Below, piece after piece: positions 53,416 through 62,757 of a stretch of 64,000 bases of DNA (position 1 is its first letter; each line of letters begins with the position of its first letter). This DNA is from Candidatus Collierbacteria bacterium GW2011_GWB2_45_17 (lineage in GTDB: Bacteria > Patescibacteriota > Microgenomatia > UBA1400 > MFAQ01), in contig LCKO01000004.1 of the NCBI GenBank assembly GCA_001001485.1, positions 4,761 to 68,760 on the forward strand, read 5' to 3'. The notes under the pieces were generated by a model. That model did not search any database. It saw only the letters and a program-made list of their open reading frames with translations, and had not been told where the DNA came from. The position numbers and the translations under genes were made by a program.

Positions 53416-53796
53416 ATGCAAGTGGCTAATCGTGGTAATGGCGATAGGCACGAGATAGGCTGGTTAAAGGCTGTTATTTTGGTCGTAGCTTGGTTGATAA
53501 TTATTTCTTTGGCTAAGGATGTGTGGCAAATAAGAACCGGTTTTAACCGAATAACCGAGTCGGAAAGAAGATTGACGGCTGAGGAGGCACGACAAAGTAA
53601 CTTGAAACAGAAACTGGAACTGGTTCAAACCCAACCTTATATAGAAAAACTAATTAGAGAGAAACTCAATATGCAAAAGGTGGGAGAGGTGATCGTAGTC
53701 ATGCCTAAGAAAGGGAGTTTGAGAACTGTAGACGAGGTAGAGCCTGGTTTGCCTGAGCATAACTGGGAAAAGTGGTGGAAATTGTTGCGGGTCTAG
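53416..53796 (+). CDS. Septum-formation-initiator-like (FtsB/DivIC-type) membrane coiled-coil protein
   Basis: Single TM helix AVILVVAWLIIISL followed by a coiled coil (RRLTAEEARQSNLKQKLELVQTQPYIEKLIREKL). Confidence 0.4.
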   Translation: MQVANRGNGDRHEIGWLKAVILVVAWLIIISLAKDVWQIRTGFNRITESERRLTAEEARQSNLKQKLELVQTQPYIEKLIREKLNMQKVGEVIVVMPKKGSLRTVDEVEPGLPEHNWEKWWKLLRV

Positions 53797-53926
53797 GGTT
53801 CCGCCCCCTAATTAAGTCGGATTATGAGCCCGACAAGATACTTACCTTCCACCCGCAAATAACGAACACCCATATTTTATCACGGATGGGTGAGCTTGAC
53901 AATTCGGGTAATATATGGGTAAATGA

Positions 53927-54607
53927 ATGTGGATGGCAAAATCAAAAGAGAGGCTCGAAGCTAGAAAAATGAGACTGGAGGGAATTAGCATAAGAAAAAT
54001 CGCGAATATGGTCGGCGTTTCGAAAGGCACCGTAAGTCTTTGGTGTGGAGATATTGTGCTAACCAAAGAACAGCAAGATAAGTTAATCGAGGATGATAAA
54101 AAAGGTGGTGCGGTTGGACGAGCGAAGGCATGGAAAAGTATAAGAGAAGAAAGATTGAGGAGATTATCCAGAAATATGCAGAGGGGAGCAAAATTAGTTG
54201 GACAAATGAGTGCAAGAGACATATTCATTGCAGGCGTGGCATTATATTGGGCAGAAGGAAACAAGAAGAACCGTAGGTTGGTGTTTTCTAATTCAGACCC
54301 AATGATGATAAAGCTAATGATTAAATGGTTAGTCGATTGTTTGAATATTCCAAGAAGTGACATCTATTGTAAGGTCGGAGTCAACCAGATTCATATAAAT
54401 AGGGTTGCCAAAGTTGAACAATATTGGTCTGAGGTTACCGGAATTCCGCTAAATGAGTTTCGTAAAGTTAGTCTGAAAAAAGTAAATTCCTCAAAGGTAT
54501 ATGAAAATACAGAGGAGCATTTTGGGACATTAAACTTGATAGTCAAAAAAAGTACGGATTTAAATTATTTGGTTCTGGGTTTGATCGAAGGGTTGACACG
54601 GACTTGA
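53927..54607 (+). CDS. HTH + LAGLIDADG-like homing-endonuclease-like protein
   Basis: N-terminal HTH (ISIRKIANMVGVSKGTVSLW); central FIAGVALYWAEGNKKNR resembles a degenerate LAGLIDADG motif followed by the usual ...LVFSNSDPMMIKLMIKWL block; ends 30 nt before tRNA-Met. Confidence 0.35.
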   Translation: MWMAKSKERLEARKMRLEGISIRKIANMVGVSKGTVSLWCGDIVLTKEQQDKLIEDDKKGGAVGRAKAWKSIREERLRRLSRNMQRGAKLVGQMSARDIFIAGVALYWAEGNKKNRRLVFSNSDPMMIKLMIKWLVDCLNIPRSDIYCKVGVNQIHINRVAKVEQYWSEVTGIPLNEFRKVSLKKVNSSKVYENTEEHFGTLNLIVKKSTDLNYLVLGLIEGLTRT

Positions 54608-54636
54608 GGCTAATGCGTGATAAAATAAACGGTAAT

Positions 54637-54708
54637 GGCAGGGTAGCTCAGTGGTAGAGCAAGCCCATCATAAGGGCGAGGTCACGGGTCCGACCCCCGT
54701 CCCTGCTA
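54637..54708 (+). tRNA. tRNA-Met (anticodon CAU; three G-C pairs closing the anticodon stem, initiator-like), CCA not encoded
   Basis: Hand-folded: acceptor GGCAGGG/CCCTGCT, D-arm GCTC-AGTGGTA-GAGC, anticodon stem AGCCC/GGGCG with loop ATCATAA, T-arm ACGGG-TCCGACC-CCCGT. Confidence 0.7.
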
Positions 54709-54710
54709 CT

Positions 54711-55718
54711 ATGAAAAAAAGAATTTTGTCCGGTATAACGCCTAGTGGAAGTGCCTTGCATATTGGCAACTATTTTGGAGCCGTTAAGCCTCAAATTGAG
54801 CTTCAAAACGGGAATGAGACTTATTATTTTGTGGCTGACCTCCACGCTCTGACCACGGTTCAAGACAAGGAGGATTTGGAAAGAAACATAAAAAATGTGA
54901 TCTTGGACTATCTGTCTTTGGGACTTGACCCCCAGAAATGCGTATTTTTTCGACAATCAGATGTACCCGCCCATTCTCAAATGGCTGTAGTTATGGGAAA
55001 TTACGTAACTTATGGTCACATGCAGAGAATGCACGCCTTTAAAGATAAATTGCAGAAGGGTGCCGGATCCGAATCGATCAATATGGGTTTGTTCAATTAT
55101 CCAATACTTATGGCTGCCGATATACTGTTATATAAACCTGAGGCTATTCCCGTCGGTGAAGACCAAAGACAACATGTAGAAATTACTAGGGATATGGCAG
55201 AATCATTCAACAACAAATATGGAAATATACTGGTATTGCCGGAACCTATGATCTCAAAGGCGACCGGTAGGGTGGTGGGTACTGATGGAGAAAGGAAAAT
55301 GAGCAAGAGTCTCGGAAATGTGATTGGAATTTTTGAAGATGATGAAATTATTCGCAAGCAGATAATGAGTAGTTTTACGGATCCGAATAGAAAAAAAGCG
55401 ACCGATCTGGGAAAAGTGGAGGGTAATCCGGTGTTTATTTTTCATGACCTACTGAATGACGATAAGGAGGAGGTGAATGATTTAAAAGACAGATACAGTA
55501 AGGGAATGGTTGGTGACGTGGAGGTTAAGGAAAGACTGATCGTAGCGCATCAAAGGATGTTTCACGAAGCTAAGAAAAGAAGGAAATTGCTAGCGAATGA
55601 TCAAGAAGGGTTGCGAAGTATATTGAGAGAAGGAGCGGAAAAGGCGGCGATGGTAGCCAACGAGACACTAAAAGAGGTTTACACCTCGATAGGAATAATA
55701 AACGGTTTGAATAAATAA
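54711..55718 (+). CDS. trpS: Tryptophanyl-tRNA synthetase
   Basis: GITPSGSALHIGNYFGA (HIGH), YFVADLHALTT, KMSKSLGN. Start at ATG 54711; the ORF-track start 54651 lies inside the tRNA. Confidence 0.9.
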   Translation: MKKRILSGITPSGSALHIGNYFGAVKPQIELQNGNETYYFVADLHALTTVQDKEDLERNIKNVILDYLSLGLDPQKCVFFRQSDVPAHSQMAVVMGNYVTYGHMQRMHAFKDKLQKGAGSESINMGLFNYPILMAADILLYKPEAIPVGEDQRQHVEITRDMAESFNNKYGNILVLPEPMISKATGRVVGTDGERKMSKSLGNVIGIFEDDEIIRKQIMSSFTDPNRKKATDLGKVEGNPVFIFHDLLNDDKEEVNDLKDRYSKGMVGDVEVKERLIVAHQRMFHEAKKRRKLLANDQEGLRSILREGAEKAAMVANETLKEVYTSIGIINGLNK

Positions 55719-55719
55719 A

Positions 55720-56055
55720 ATGAAAGATTTGATTACTTACGGTGACTTTGGAAAACTGGATATAAGAGCCGGGAAGATAGTGGAAGCGAGTGCGCCGGAA
55801 TGGAGCGATAAACTAATTAGATACGAGGTGGATTTGGGAGTAGAACTGGGGAAGAGAGTTCTGTTTTCGGGAATTCGTAAATGGTACAAACCGGAAGACT
55901 TAGTAGGTAAAATTATTCCGGTGGTTATTAATCTGACTCCCAAGAAGATGGGCGATGAGGAGTCACAAGGCATGGCCATCATGGCTGACGGAGAAACGGG
56001 GGCAGTGATGATTTTTTTACCGGACTCGGTTGAGCCAGGAACGGTGATAAGATAG
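55720..56055 (+). CDS. tRNA-binding (Trbp111/CsaA/EMAP-type OB-fold) domain protein
   Basis: FGKLDIRAGKIVEAS...DKLIRYEVDLG...LFSGIRKWY.PEDLVGKIIPVVINLTPKKMGDEESQGM matches the MetRS-C/CsaA family. Confidence 0.8.
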   Translation: MKDLITYGDFGKLDIRAGKIVEASAPEWSDKLIRYEVDLGVELGKRVLFSGIRKWYKPEDLVGKIIPVVINLTPKKMGDEESQGMAIMADGETGAVMIFLPDSVEPGTVIR

Positions 56056-56065
56056 GAAGTTCAAG

Positions 56066-57946
56066 ATGGCAAAACAAACTAAACCACAGACAAAGAAGTT
56101 TGAATTCAGATTTAATCTGAACTTAAGAAGAGTTCTGATGTGGATATTGATACTATTTCTTTTTCTACCAAGTCTGATTAAGTTCTGGTTGGGTTCTGCA
56201 GGAGTAGTAAAAGAAATTCCTTTATCGACGGCCATCGCCGAAATAAAAGCAGGCAAGGTTGAGTCGGTTCAGATAAGAGGACAAGAGCTTATACTTTTGT
56301 ACCCAAAGGAGCTGGACGGTAAACAAGTAATCGGTATGTCCCGTAAAGAGGAAGGAGCTAGCTTTATGGATCAATTGCAGAAAGCCGGCGTGGATGAGGG
56401 TAAAATAAAACTGGAGGTGGTATCTCAAGATCTGATAAATTCATTTTGGAATGTAATGTCTTTGATTTTGCCGATAGTTGGGTTTGGACTATTGATGTTT
56501 TATATGATGAAAAGACAGGGAGGGGGAGCGGACATGTTTGGTATCGGAAAAAGTAAGGCCAAACTCTTTGCTAAGGGAAAACAAAACGTCAAGTTCTCGG
56601 ATGTAGCCGGAGTGGACGAAGCCAAAAAAGAGCTGGAAGAAGTGGTTGATTTTTTGAAAAATCCCAAGAAATACATCGACCTTGGAGCCAGAACTCCCAA
56701 GGGAGTTCTCTTGACCGGTCCGGCCGGAGTAGGAAAAACACTGCTGGCTAGAGCAGTGGCCGGTGAAGCCGGAGTGCCTTTCTTTTCGATGGCTGGATCG
56801 GAGTTTATGGAGATGTTGGTAGGAGTGGGAGCCAGCAGGGTGCGAGACCTGTTCGATACGGCTAAGAAAGCCAATCCGTCGATAATTTTTATCGATGAAA
56901 TAGACGCCATCGGTAGAACTAGAGGTGGCAGTGGGGGTTTTGGTGGTCATGATGAGCGAGAACAAACTTTAAATCAGATTTTGGTGGAGATGGACGGCTT
57001 TACTCAATCGGACAATGTAATAGTACTGGCCGCCACGAATAGACCTGATGTACTGGATCCAGCTTTGGTTAGGCCGGGACGTTTTGACCGCAGAGTAACT
57101 CTAGACCTTCCGGATATCGCCGGCAGAAAGGCTGTTTTGGAGATCCACAAAAAAGGAAAACCCTTTATAAAAGATCTTAACTGGACCAAGGTGGCGGAGA
57201 GAACGGTTGGTTTTTCCGGGGCTGACATCGAGAACATGCTTAATGAAGCGGCCATACTGGCGGCACGAGATAGTCAAAAGGAAATTGAAATGAAAGATAT
57301 TGAAGAGGCGGCCATGAAGGTTAAGATGGGTCCGGAAAAAAAGAGATTACAGTCTAAGCTAGAAAAACAAATGACGGCCTATCATGAAGCCGGGCACGCC
57401 TTGGTAGGCCACTTGTTGCTGGGGACAGATCCGATTCACAGAGTAAGCATTGTTTCTCGAGGAATGGCCCTGGGATATACCATGAGCCGACCCAAGACGG
57501 ATAAATATCAGCAGACCTTGTCTGAATTGAAAGATGAAATCGCGATGATGTTGGGTGGTAGAGCGGCCGAAAAAATCGTTTTTAATGAGCTCACGGCGGG
57601 AGCGGCCAGTGATATTGAAAGAGGAACCATATTAGCCCGAAGGATGGTGGTAGATTTTGGTATGAGTGAGCTGGGGCCGGTGTCTCTTAATCAAACAATA
57701 GATACCAATGCTTGGGGATATGGTGCGGGAGACAGCATTAGACTGTCTGAAGTGATGCAGGCAAAGGTAGACTTGGAAATTAAGAAATTTGTAGACGATG
57801 GCTATAAATTGGCTGAAAGTGTAATCAAGAAGAATAGAAAAATTCTGGATAAAATTGTGGACAGATTGATGAAAGTGGAGACGATTGAGCAAGAAGAGTT
57901 TGAGAAGATTGTTGGAAAGATAAAGCCATCTGTAGACGAAAAATGA
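56066..57946 (+). CDS. ftsH: ATP-dependent zinc metalloprotease FtsH
   Basis: N-terminal TM helices, AAA+ [18 protein letters not shown], Walker [13 protein letters not shown], zinc site HEAGHAL. Confidence 0.95.
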   Translation: MAKQTKPQTKKFEFRFNLNLRRVLMWILILFLFLPSLIKFWLGSAGVVKEIPLSTAIAEIKAGKVESVQIRGQELILLYPKELDGKQVIGMSRKEEGASFMDQLQKAGVDEGKIKLEVVSQDLINSFWNVMSLILPIVGFGLLMFYMMKRQGGGADMFGIGKSKAKLFAKGKQNVKFSDVAGVDEAKKELEEVVDFLKNPKKYIDLGARTPKGVLLTGPAGVGKTLLARAVAGEAGVPFFSMAGSEFMEMLVGVGASRVRDLFDTAKKANPSIIFIDEIDAIGRTRGGSGGFGGHDEREQTLNQILVEMDGFTQSDNVIVLAATNRPDVLDPALVRPGRFDRRVTLDLPDIAGRKAVLEIHKKGKPFIKDLNWTKVAERTVGFSGADIENMLNEAAILAARDSQKEIEMKDIEEAAMKVKMGPEKKRLQSKLEKQMTAYHEAGHALVGHLLLGTDPIHRVSIVSRGMALGYTMSRPKTDKYQQTLSELKDEIAMMLGGRAAEKIVFNELTAGAASDIERGTILARRMVVDFGMSELGPVSLNQTIDTNAWGYGAGDSIRLSEVMQAKVDLEIKKFVDDGYKLAESVIKKNRKILDKIVDRLMKVETIEQEEFEKIVGKIKPSVDEK

Positions 57947-58884
57947 GGAAATTAATTCTCATCGATGGTAACGCTTTGCTACATCGAGCGTATCACGCTT
58001 ACCCGCCACTTTCGACACCCAAAGGAGAGCTGGTAAATGCGGTATATGGTTTTTCATCGATGCTGTTGTCGGTATTGGAAAAACTGTCTCCCACTCACGT
58101 GGCGGTGGCTTGGGACCTTAAAGGACCCACTTTTAGAAAACAGGAGTTTGAAGCTTACAAAGCCAACAGAGACCCGATGGATGAGGATTTGGCGACACAA
58201 ATAGACCGAACGAAAGAAGTGGTGGAGAAACTTAATATTCCTCAGTATGGCATCGAGGGTTTTGAAGCGGATGATATTATCGGAACGATCTCAAGGCTGG
58301 CATTCGAAAGAACTCAAGAACTCAAGAACTCAAGAACTCAAGATGAGGATACTCAGGTGGTAATTGTGACGGGAGACAGAGACTCACTTCAATTAATTAA
58401 AGGGAAAAAAGTTGTTGTTTATCTACCGATCCAGAATCATCACGGCCAGTCGGTGGTTTTTGATGAGGACAAAGTCAGAGAGGTTTACGGCTTGAACCCC
58501 AAACAGATAATTGATTTGAAAAGTTTAATGGGAGATGCCTCGGATAATATTCCGGGGGTTAAAGGGGTGGGTAGAGTGACGGCAACCAAATTAATTCAAG
58601 AGTTTGGAAATCTAGAAAATATTTACAAAAATATTAATGACATAAAGATTACTCCAAGAGTGAAAGCCATGTTGTCGTCGGACAAGGAAATGGCTGAAAA
58701 AAGTTTCCATTTAGCGGAAATAAATTGTGACGTACAATTGAAACTCGATTGGGACGATTGTTTGTTAACTAACTATGACAAAAACGGAGCCCTGTCTTTG
58801 TTTGAGGAATTGAACTTTAAGAGTCTGATTAGTAAACTACCTAAAGATTCCTGGGAGAAAGAAATCCAGGATATATTTATATGA
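57943..58884 (+). CDS. 5'-3' exonuclease / flap endonuclease (Pol I N-terminal-domain-like)
   Basis: LILIDGNALLHRAYHA, FEADDIIGT, VTGDRDSLQL, H3TH GDASDNIPGVKGVG; carries an in-frame 12-aa repeat insertion RTQELKNSRTQD. Confidence 0.8.
   Translation: MRKLILIDGNALLHRAYHAYPPLSTPKGELVNAVYGFSSMLLSVLEKLSPTHVAVAWDLKGPTFRKQEFEAYKANRDPMDEDLATQIDRTKEVVEKLNIPQYGIEGFEADDIIGTISRLAFERTQELKNSRTQDEDTQVVIVTGDRDSLQLIKGKKVVVYLPIQNHHGQSVVFDEDKVREVYGLNPKQIIDLKSLMGDASDNIPGVKGVGRVTATKLIQEFGNLENIYKNINDIKITPRVKAMLSSDKEMAEKSFHLAEINCDVQLKLDWDDCLLTNYDKNGALSLFEELNFKSLISKLPKDSWEKEIQDIFI
58306..58346 (+). repeat. 8-bp-period tandem repeat (gaactcaa)x4 inserted in frame in the 5'-3' exonuclease gene
   Basis: aa gaactcaa gaactcaa gaactcaa gaactcaa gat. 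Confidence 0.85.
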
Positions 58885-59993
58885 AAATTGCTTTGGTACA
58901 CGACTTTATGAAGGAGTTTGGAGGAGCCGAGAGAGTGCTAAGAGTGTTGTCCGAGATGTACTCTCAAGTACCCATTTACACCGCTTTCAAAGTATCCGGA
59001 TCCAGCTGTGATAAAGAGTTTGCCGATAGAAAAATTATCGAAAGCTCGTTTGGTTGGCTAATAAAAAGCTTTAACCTGTACAGCCCCTTGAGATTTCTGG
59101 TACCGCTAATTTGGAGGTCAATTGATCTGTCTAGTTATGACTTGGTAATTACTTCCTGTTCCTCATATTTTGCCAGAGGTTTTAAGGTCTCCCCAAAAAC
59201 TTGTGTAGTGGCTTACTGCCACACTCCACCGAGATTTCTTTACGGATATGAAACGAGCATAAATTTACAAAGATTTTGGATAGTGAGAGTTTACGCAGTG
59301 ATTGTTAATCACTTCTTAAGAATTTTTGATTTTTGGTCCTCCCAAAGAGTTGATAAGTGGATAGTGAACTCCGAAAACGTAAAAAGGAGGGTCTGGAAAT
59401 TCTATCGAAAAGAAGCGGAAGTGGTCTATCCACCAATAGATGTTGAGAAAATTATCCGAGAAAGTGAGGGGGTAAAAAAACAGGATTATTTCTTAATTGT
59501 TTCGAGATTGGTGGGAGCCAAGGGATTGGTCGAGGCGGCCAAAGCGGCCAGACAGACCGGCTTTAAACTAAAAATTGTAGGAGAGTCAGTGGGATTTTCT
59601 CAAATAGAAAAACAGCTAAGGAAGATTAGAGAAGTAGAGCTTTTAGGAAGAGTAAACGATAAAAGACTGGGCGAGCTCTATGCCGGAGCTAAGGGGTTTA
59701 TTGCTCTAGCCAGAGATGAGGATTTTGGAATTACACCAGTGGAAGCGATGGCTTCCGGAACTCCAGTGATCGCTTTTAACGGAGGGGGATTTAAAGAGAC
59801 GGTGGTGGAAGGGGTGACCGGTTTGTTAATAAACAATACGGATACGGAAACATTGGAATTGGCGATGAAAAAGTTTGAATCGAAAAAATGGAACAGAGCT
59901 GAACTGGTAGAGCAGGCCAGAAAATTTTCCAGAGACAACTTCGTAAAAAAGATTAGGAAAATAATTGATAAGATGGTCGTGGATGAGAAATAA
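58881..59993 (+). CDS. GT4-family glycosyltransferase (glycosyltransferase group 1)
   Basis: C-terminal EDFGITPVEAMASGTPVIAFNGGG (E-x7-E region) typical of GT4/GT-B enzymes. Confidence 0.8.
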   Translation: MKIALVHDFMKEFGGAERVLRVLSEMYSQVPIYTAFKVSGSSCDKEFADRKIIESSFGWLIKSFNLYSPLRFLVPLIWRSIDLSSYDLVITSCSSYFARGFKVSPKTCVVAYCHTPPRFLYGYETSINLQRFWIVRVYAVIVNHFLRIFDFWSSQRVDKWIVNSENVKRRVWKFYRKEAEVVYPPIDVEKIIRESEGVKKQDYFLIVSRLVGAKGLVEAAKAARQTGFKLKIVGESVGFSQIEKQLRKIREVELLGRVNDKRLGELYAGAKGFIALARDEDFGITPVEAMASGTPVIAFNGGGFKETVVEGVTGLLINNTDTETLELAMKKFESKKWNRAELVEQARKFSRDNFVKKIRKIIDKMVVDEK

Positions 59994-60540
59994 TCTGGCC
60001 TTGAAGGTGTTGTTTATCAGTAACTCGCTTTATGTGTTTGCGGCCTTGCTTCTCGGGCCACTTTACGCTGTCTATGTTCAAAGAATAGGAGGAGGAGTCC
60101 TGTTGGTGAGCGTATCAACGGCAGTGTTTTACGTATCGACGACTTTATTTCTTTTATTTGTCGCTAGGTGGGGAGATATGCTAAAAGAGATGGAACTAAT
60201 GTTGGTGGTTAGTTATATTATTCGAGGCTTGGGATTTTTAAGCTATATTTTTATTGACAGCGCTCTGTTGTTAATCTTGTCGCAGGTTGTTTTTGGTTTG
60301 GCTGAGTCGCTTGGAACTCCGACATTTGGAGCTTTGTTTGCCAAACATATTGATAAAAAAGAAGAAGTAATGGAGTTTTCTGACTGGGCGATGGTGTCGA
60401 ACTTGGTAATGGCTCTAGGAACTATCATTGGCGGCTTTATTGCCAGTAGTTTGGGATTTAATTTTTTGTTTGTAACAATCGCGATTTTGTGCTTTGTTTC
60501 TGCCGGGTGGATATTGTTTACCCCGAGGCAAGTTTTGTAA
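59965..60540 (+). CDS. Hypothetical 6-TM membrane protein (MFS-like half-transporter fragment?)
   Basis: Six hydrophobic helices; no signature motifs. Confidence 0.35.
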   Translation: MIRWSWMRNNLALKVLFISNSLYVFAALLLGPLYAVYVQRIGGGVLLVSVSTAVFYVSTTLFLLFVARWGDMLKEMELMLVVSYIIRGLGFLSYIFIDSALLLILSQVVFGLAESLGTPTFGALFAKHIDKKEEVMEFSDWAMVSNLVMALGTIIGGFIASSLGFNFLFVTIAILCFVSAGWILFTPRQVL

Positions 60541-60541
60541 T

Positions 60542-61390
60542 ATGCCTGAACTACCGGAGGTGGAAACCATTAGAAGACAACTAAAAGAAGTCCTTGTTGG
60601 GAAAACTATCTCTAAGATCGAAGTGTTGCGGGCAAAAAGTTTTGCCGGTGATCCCAAGTCGCTGATCGGCCGGAAGATTAAGGATATACAAAGAAAGTCG
60701 AAAGTAATCGAGGTTTCGTTTGAAGACCACGAGAAGATGGTAACAGTTCACTTAAAAATGACCGGCCAATTGGTATTTGTAGATGGGGAGATGAGAGTTT
60801 CTGGAGGGCATCCGACGGCGGACTGGGTGAATGGCTTGCACAGTAAACATACCCGAGTAGTGTGGACTTTTGATGACGGGTCAAAACTGTTCTTTAACGA
60901 CATGCGCGTGTTTGGATGGATGAAACTAGTAGAAAGAACTCAAGAACTCAAGAACTCTAGGTATCAAGTTCCAGATGTAATAGACAAAGATTTCACAGAA
61001 GACTATCTCTTCAATTCATTAAAGAAGACTAAAAAACCGATAAAGCTAATTTTGCTTGATCAGAACAAAATTGGCGGCCTGGGGAATATCTATGTGAATG
61101 ATGCTTTATTTATGGCCGGGGTAAGACCGGAGAGAAAGACCGACACTTTAGAAAAAAAAGAAGTCAGTAAACTTCACAAAGCCATCGTAAAAGTGATTAA
61201 TCTGGGAATTAAGTATGGAGGTGCCAGTGCCAGTAACTATGTTCAAGTTTCAGGACTGGGTGGAACTTATCAAGATCATTTTTTGGTTTATAAAAGAGAG
61301 GGTCTGAAGTGCCGGGATTGTGAGAGCAAAATTCAAAAGATAAAATTGGGAGGACGAGGAACTTTCTTCTGCCCAAGCTGTCAAAAATAA
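60542..61390 (+). CDS. mutM: Formamidopyrimidine-DNA glycosylase Fpg/MutM
   Basis: Starts MPELPEVETIRR (catalytic Pro2, Glu3); H2TH; C-terminal zinc finger CRDCESKIQK...FFCPSCQ; in-frame repeat insertion RTQELKNSR. Confidence 0.85.
   Translation: MPELPEVETIRRQLKEVLVGKTISKIEVLRAKSFAGDPKSLIGRKIKDIQRKSKVIEVSFEDHEKMVTVHLKMTGQLVFVDGEMRVSGGHPTADWVNGLHSKHTRVVWTFDDGSKLFFNDMRVFGWMKLVERTQELKNSRYQVPDVIDKDFTEDYLFNSLKKTKKPIKLILLDQNKIGGLGNIYVNDALFMAGVRPERKTDTLEKKEVSKLHKAIVKVINLGIKYGGASASNYVQVSGLGGTYQDHFLVYKREGLKCRDCESKIQKIKLGGRGTFFCPSCQK
60931..60968 (+). repeat. 8-bp-period tandem repeat inserted in frame in fpg/mutM
   Basis: aa gaactcaa gaactcaa gaactcta ggtatcaag. Confidence 0.8.
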
Positions 61391-61427
61391 AGCAATGCGG
61401 GGATAAGGATGTAGAATATGGGTAGAA

Positions 61428-62477
61428 ATGCTGACAAACTTAAGGCTGAGCGAGTTTAGAAATTATAAAGAAGCTGTGTTCGAGTTTTCGCCTGGAGTAA
61501 ATGTGGTGGTGGGGGAAAATGCCAAAGGAAAGACAAATCTTTTGGAAGCGATTTATCTTTTGGGAGTCGGAGACAGCTTTCGGGCGAAGAGAACGGAAGA
61601 GATGGTTACTTTTGGACAGGAACTGGGGAAGGTGGCGGGAGATCTTCAGCTAGCAAAAGACGATCAAATGACTTTGGAGGTAATGATAAACGGAGGAATG
61701 GTGATGGGCAAGATGGTCAACAAAAGAAAGTACTTAGTAGATGGGGTATCAAAAAGAAGACGAGACATATTAGGACTACTGCCATTAGTGCTTTTTCGGC
61801 CCGAGGATGTCGAGCTCGTTAGTGGATCTCCGAGTCCGAGAAGGAAGTTTCTGGACAGTCTTCTGATACAGGTAGACAAGGTCTATGAGAATAGTTTGTC
61901 CACCTATGAGCAGGCATTGCGGAGGAGAAATAAGATTCTTGACGCTATCCGTGATGGATCTGCCAGTCGATACGCACTGACCTTTTGGGATGGACTTTTA
62001 ATTCGACACGGCCAGATAGTTTCCGACAAAAGAAGAGATTTGATTGAATATATAAATGCTTTGTTTAAAAAAAGCGATTTGTTTAAAAATATTCAAATGG
62101 CTTATGACATGAGTGCGGTGAGTGAATCCAGGCTTAGCCAATATAAAGAGGCTGAGGTGGCGGTGGGATACACCTTGGTAGGCCCGCACAAAGATGATTT
62201 CTTAATTAAAGATAAAAGTCGCGATTTAGCCACCTACGGTTCTAGGGGAGAACAAAGAATGGCGGTACTGGCTTTAAAGATGGGAGAGATTTATTTTATG
62301 GAGGAAAAAAGTCACAAAAAAGTATTATTGCTACTGGATGATATTTTTTCCGAACTGGACGAGACGCATAAAGGAGAGGTACTGAGAGTAATGTCCGGCA
62401 GGCAGGTGGTGGTGACCACCGCAGATGAAGGGGACGCTAAAATGTTTAAGAAGGCAAAAACGATCAGACTTTCTTAG
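61428..62477 (+). CDS. recF: DNA replication and repair protein RecF
   Basis: MLTNLRLSEFRNY, Walker A GENAKGKTNLLEAI, signature and Walker B LLLDDIFSELDE. Confidence 0.85.
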   Translation: MLTNLRLSEFRNYKEAVFEFSPGVNVVVGENAKGKTNLLEAIYLLGVGDSFRAKRTEEMVTFGQELGKVAGDLQLAKDDQMTLEVMINGGMVMGKMVNKRKYLVDGVSKRRRDILGLLPLVLFRPEDVELVSGSPSPRRKFLDSLLIQVDKVYENSLSTYEQALRRRNKILDAIRDGSASRYALTFWDGLLIRHGQIVSDKRRDLIEYINALFKKSDLFKNIQMAYDMSAVSESRLSQYKEAEVAVGYTLVGPHKDDFLIKDKSRDLATYGSRGEQRMAVLALKMGEIYFMEEKSHKKVLLLLDDIFSELDETHKGEVLRVMSGRQVVVTTADEGDAKMFKKAKTIRLS

Positions 62478-62736
62478 AGTTGATTCTTTCCAAAATGCGG
62501 GTGGCTTGAATAGTAACAAGAACAGCAATGGCCGTAATGGCAATGGCGTAGATAAAAAGGGAGATGACTCCGGAACTTTTGGCAAAATAGGGCTTGATAA
62601 AGACCTCAACATACTCCTTAATGGCTTCGTTCCAGGCTAGAGCGGCGACCAGACCGAAAGAGGTAGAAATGAGAGTGATAACCTGGGTGGCGACGGCGTG
62701 TGGAAGTGGTTTGACGGGTTTCTTTTTGAGTTTCAT
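62464..62736 (-). CDS. Small hypothetical membrane protein (2 TM helices)
   Basis: Start at MKLKKKP (62736); the ORF-track start 62946 reads through REP-like copy 3. Confidence 0.4.
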   Translation of the reverse strand: MKLKKKPVKPLPHAVATQVITLISTSFGLVAALAWNEAIKEYVEVFIKPYFAKSSGVISLFIYAIAITAIAVLVTIQATRILERINSKKV

Positions 62737-62757
62737 TGTTTTATTATAATGCTTGTG

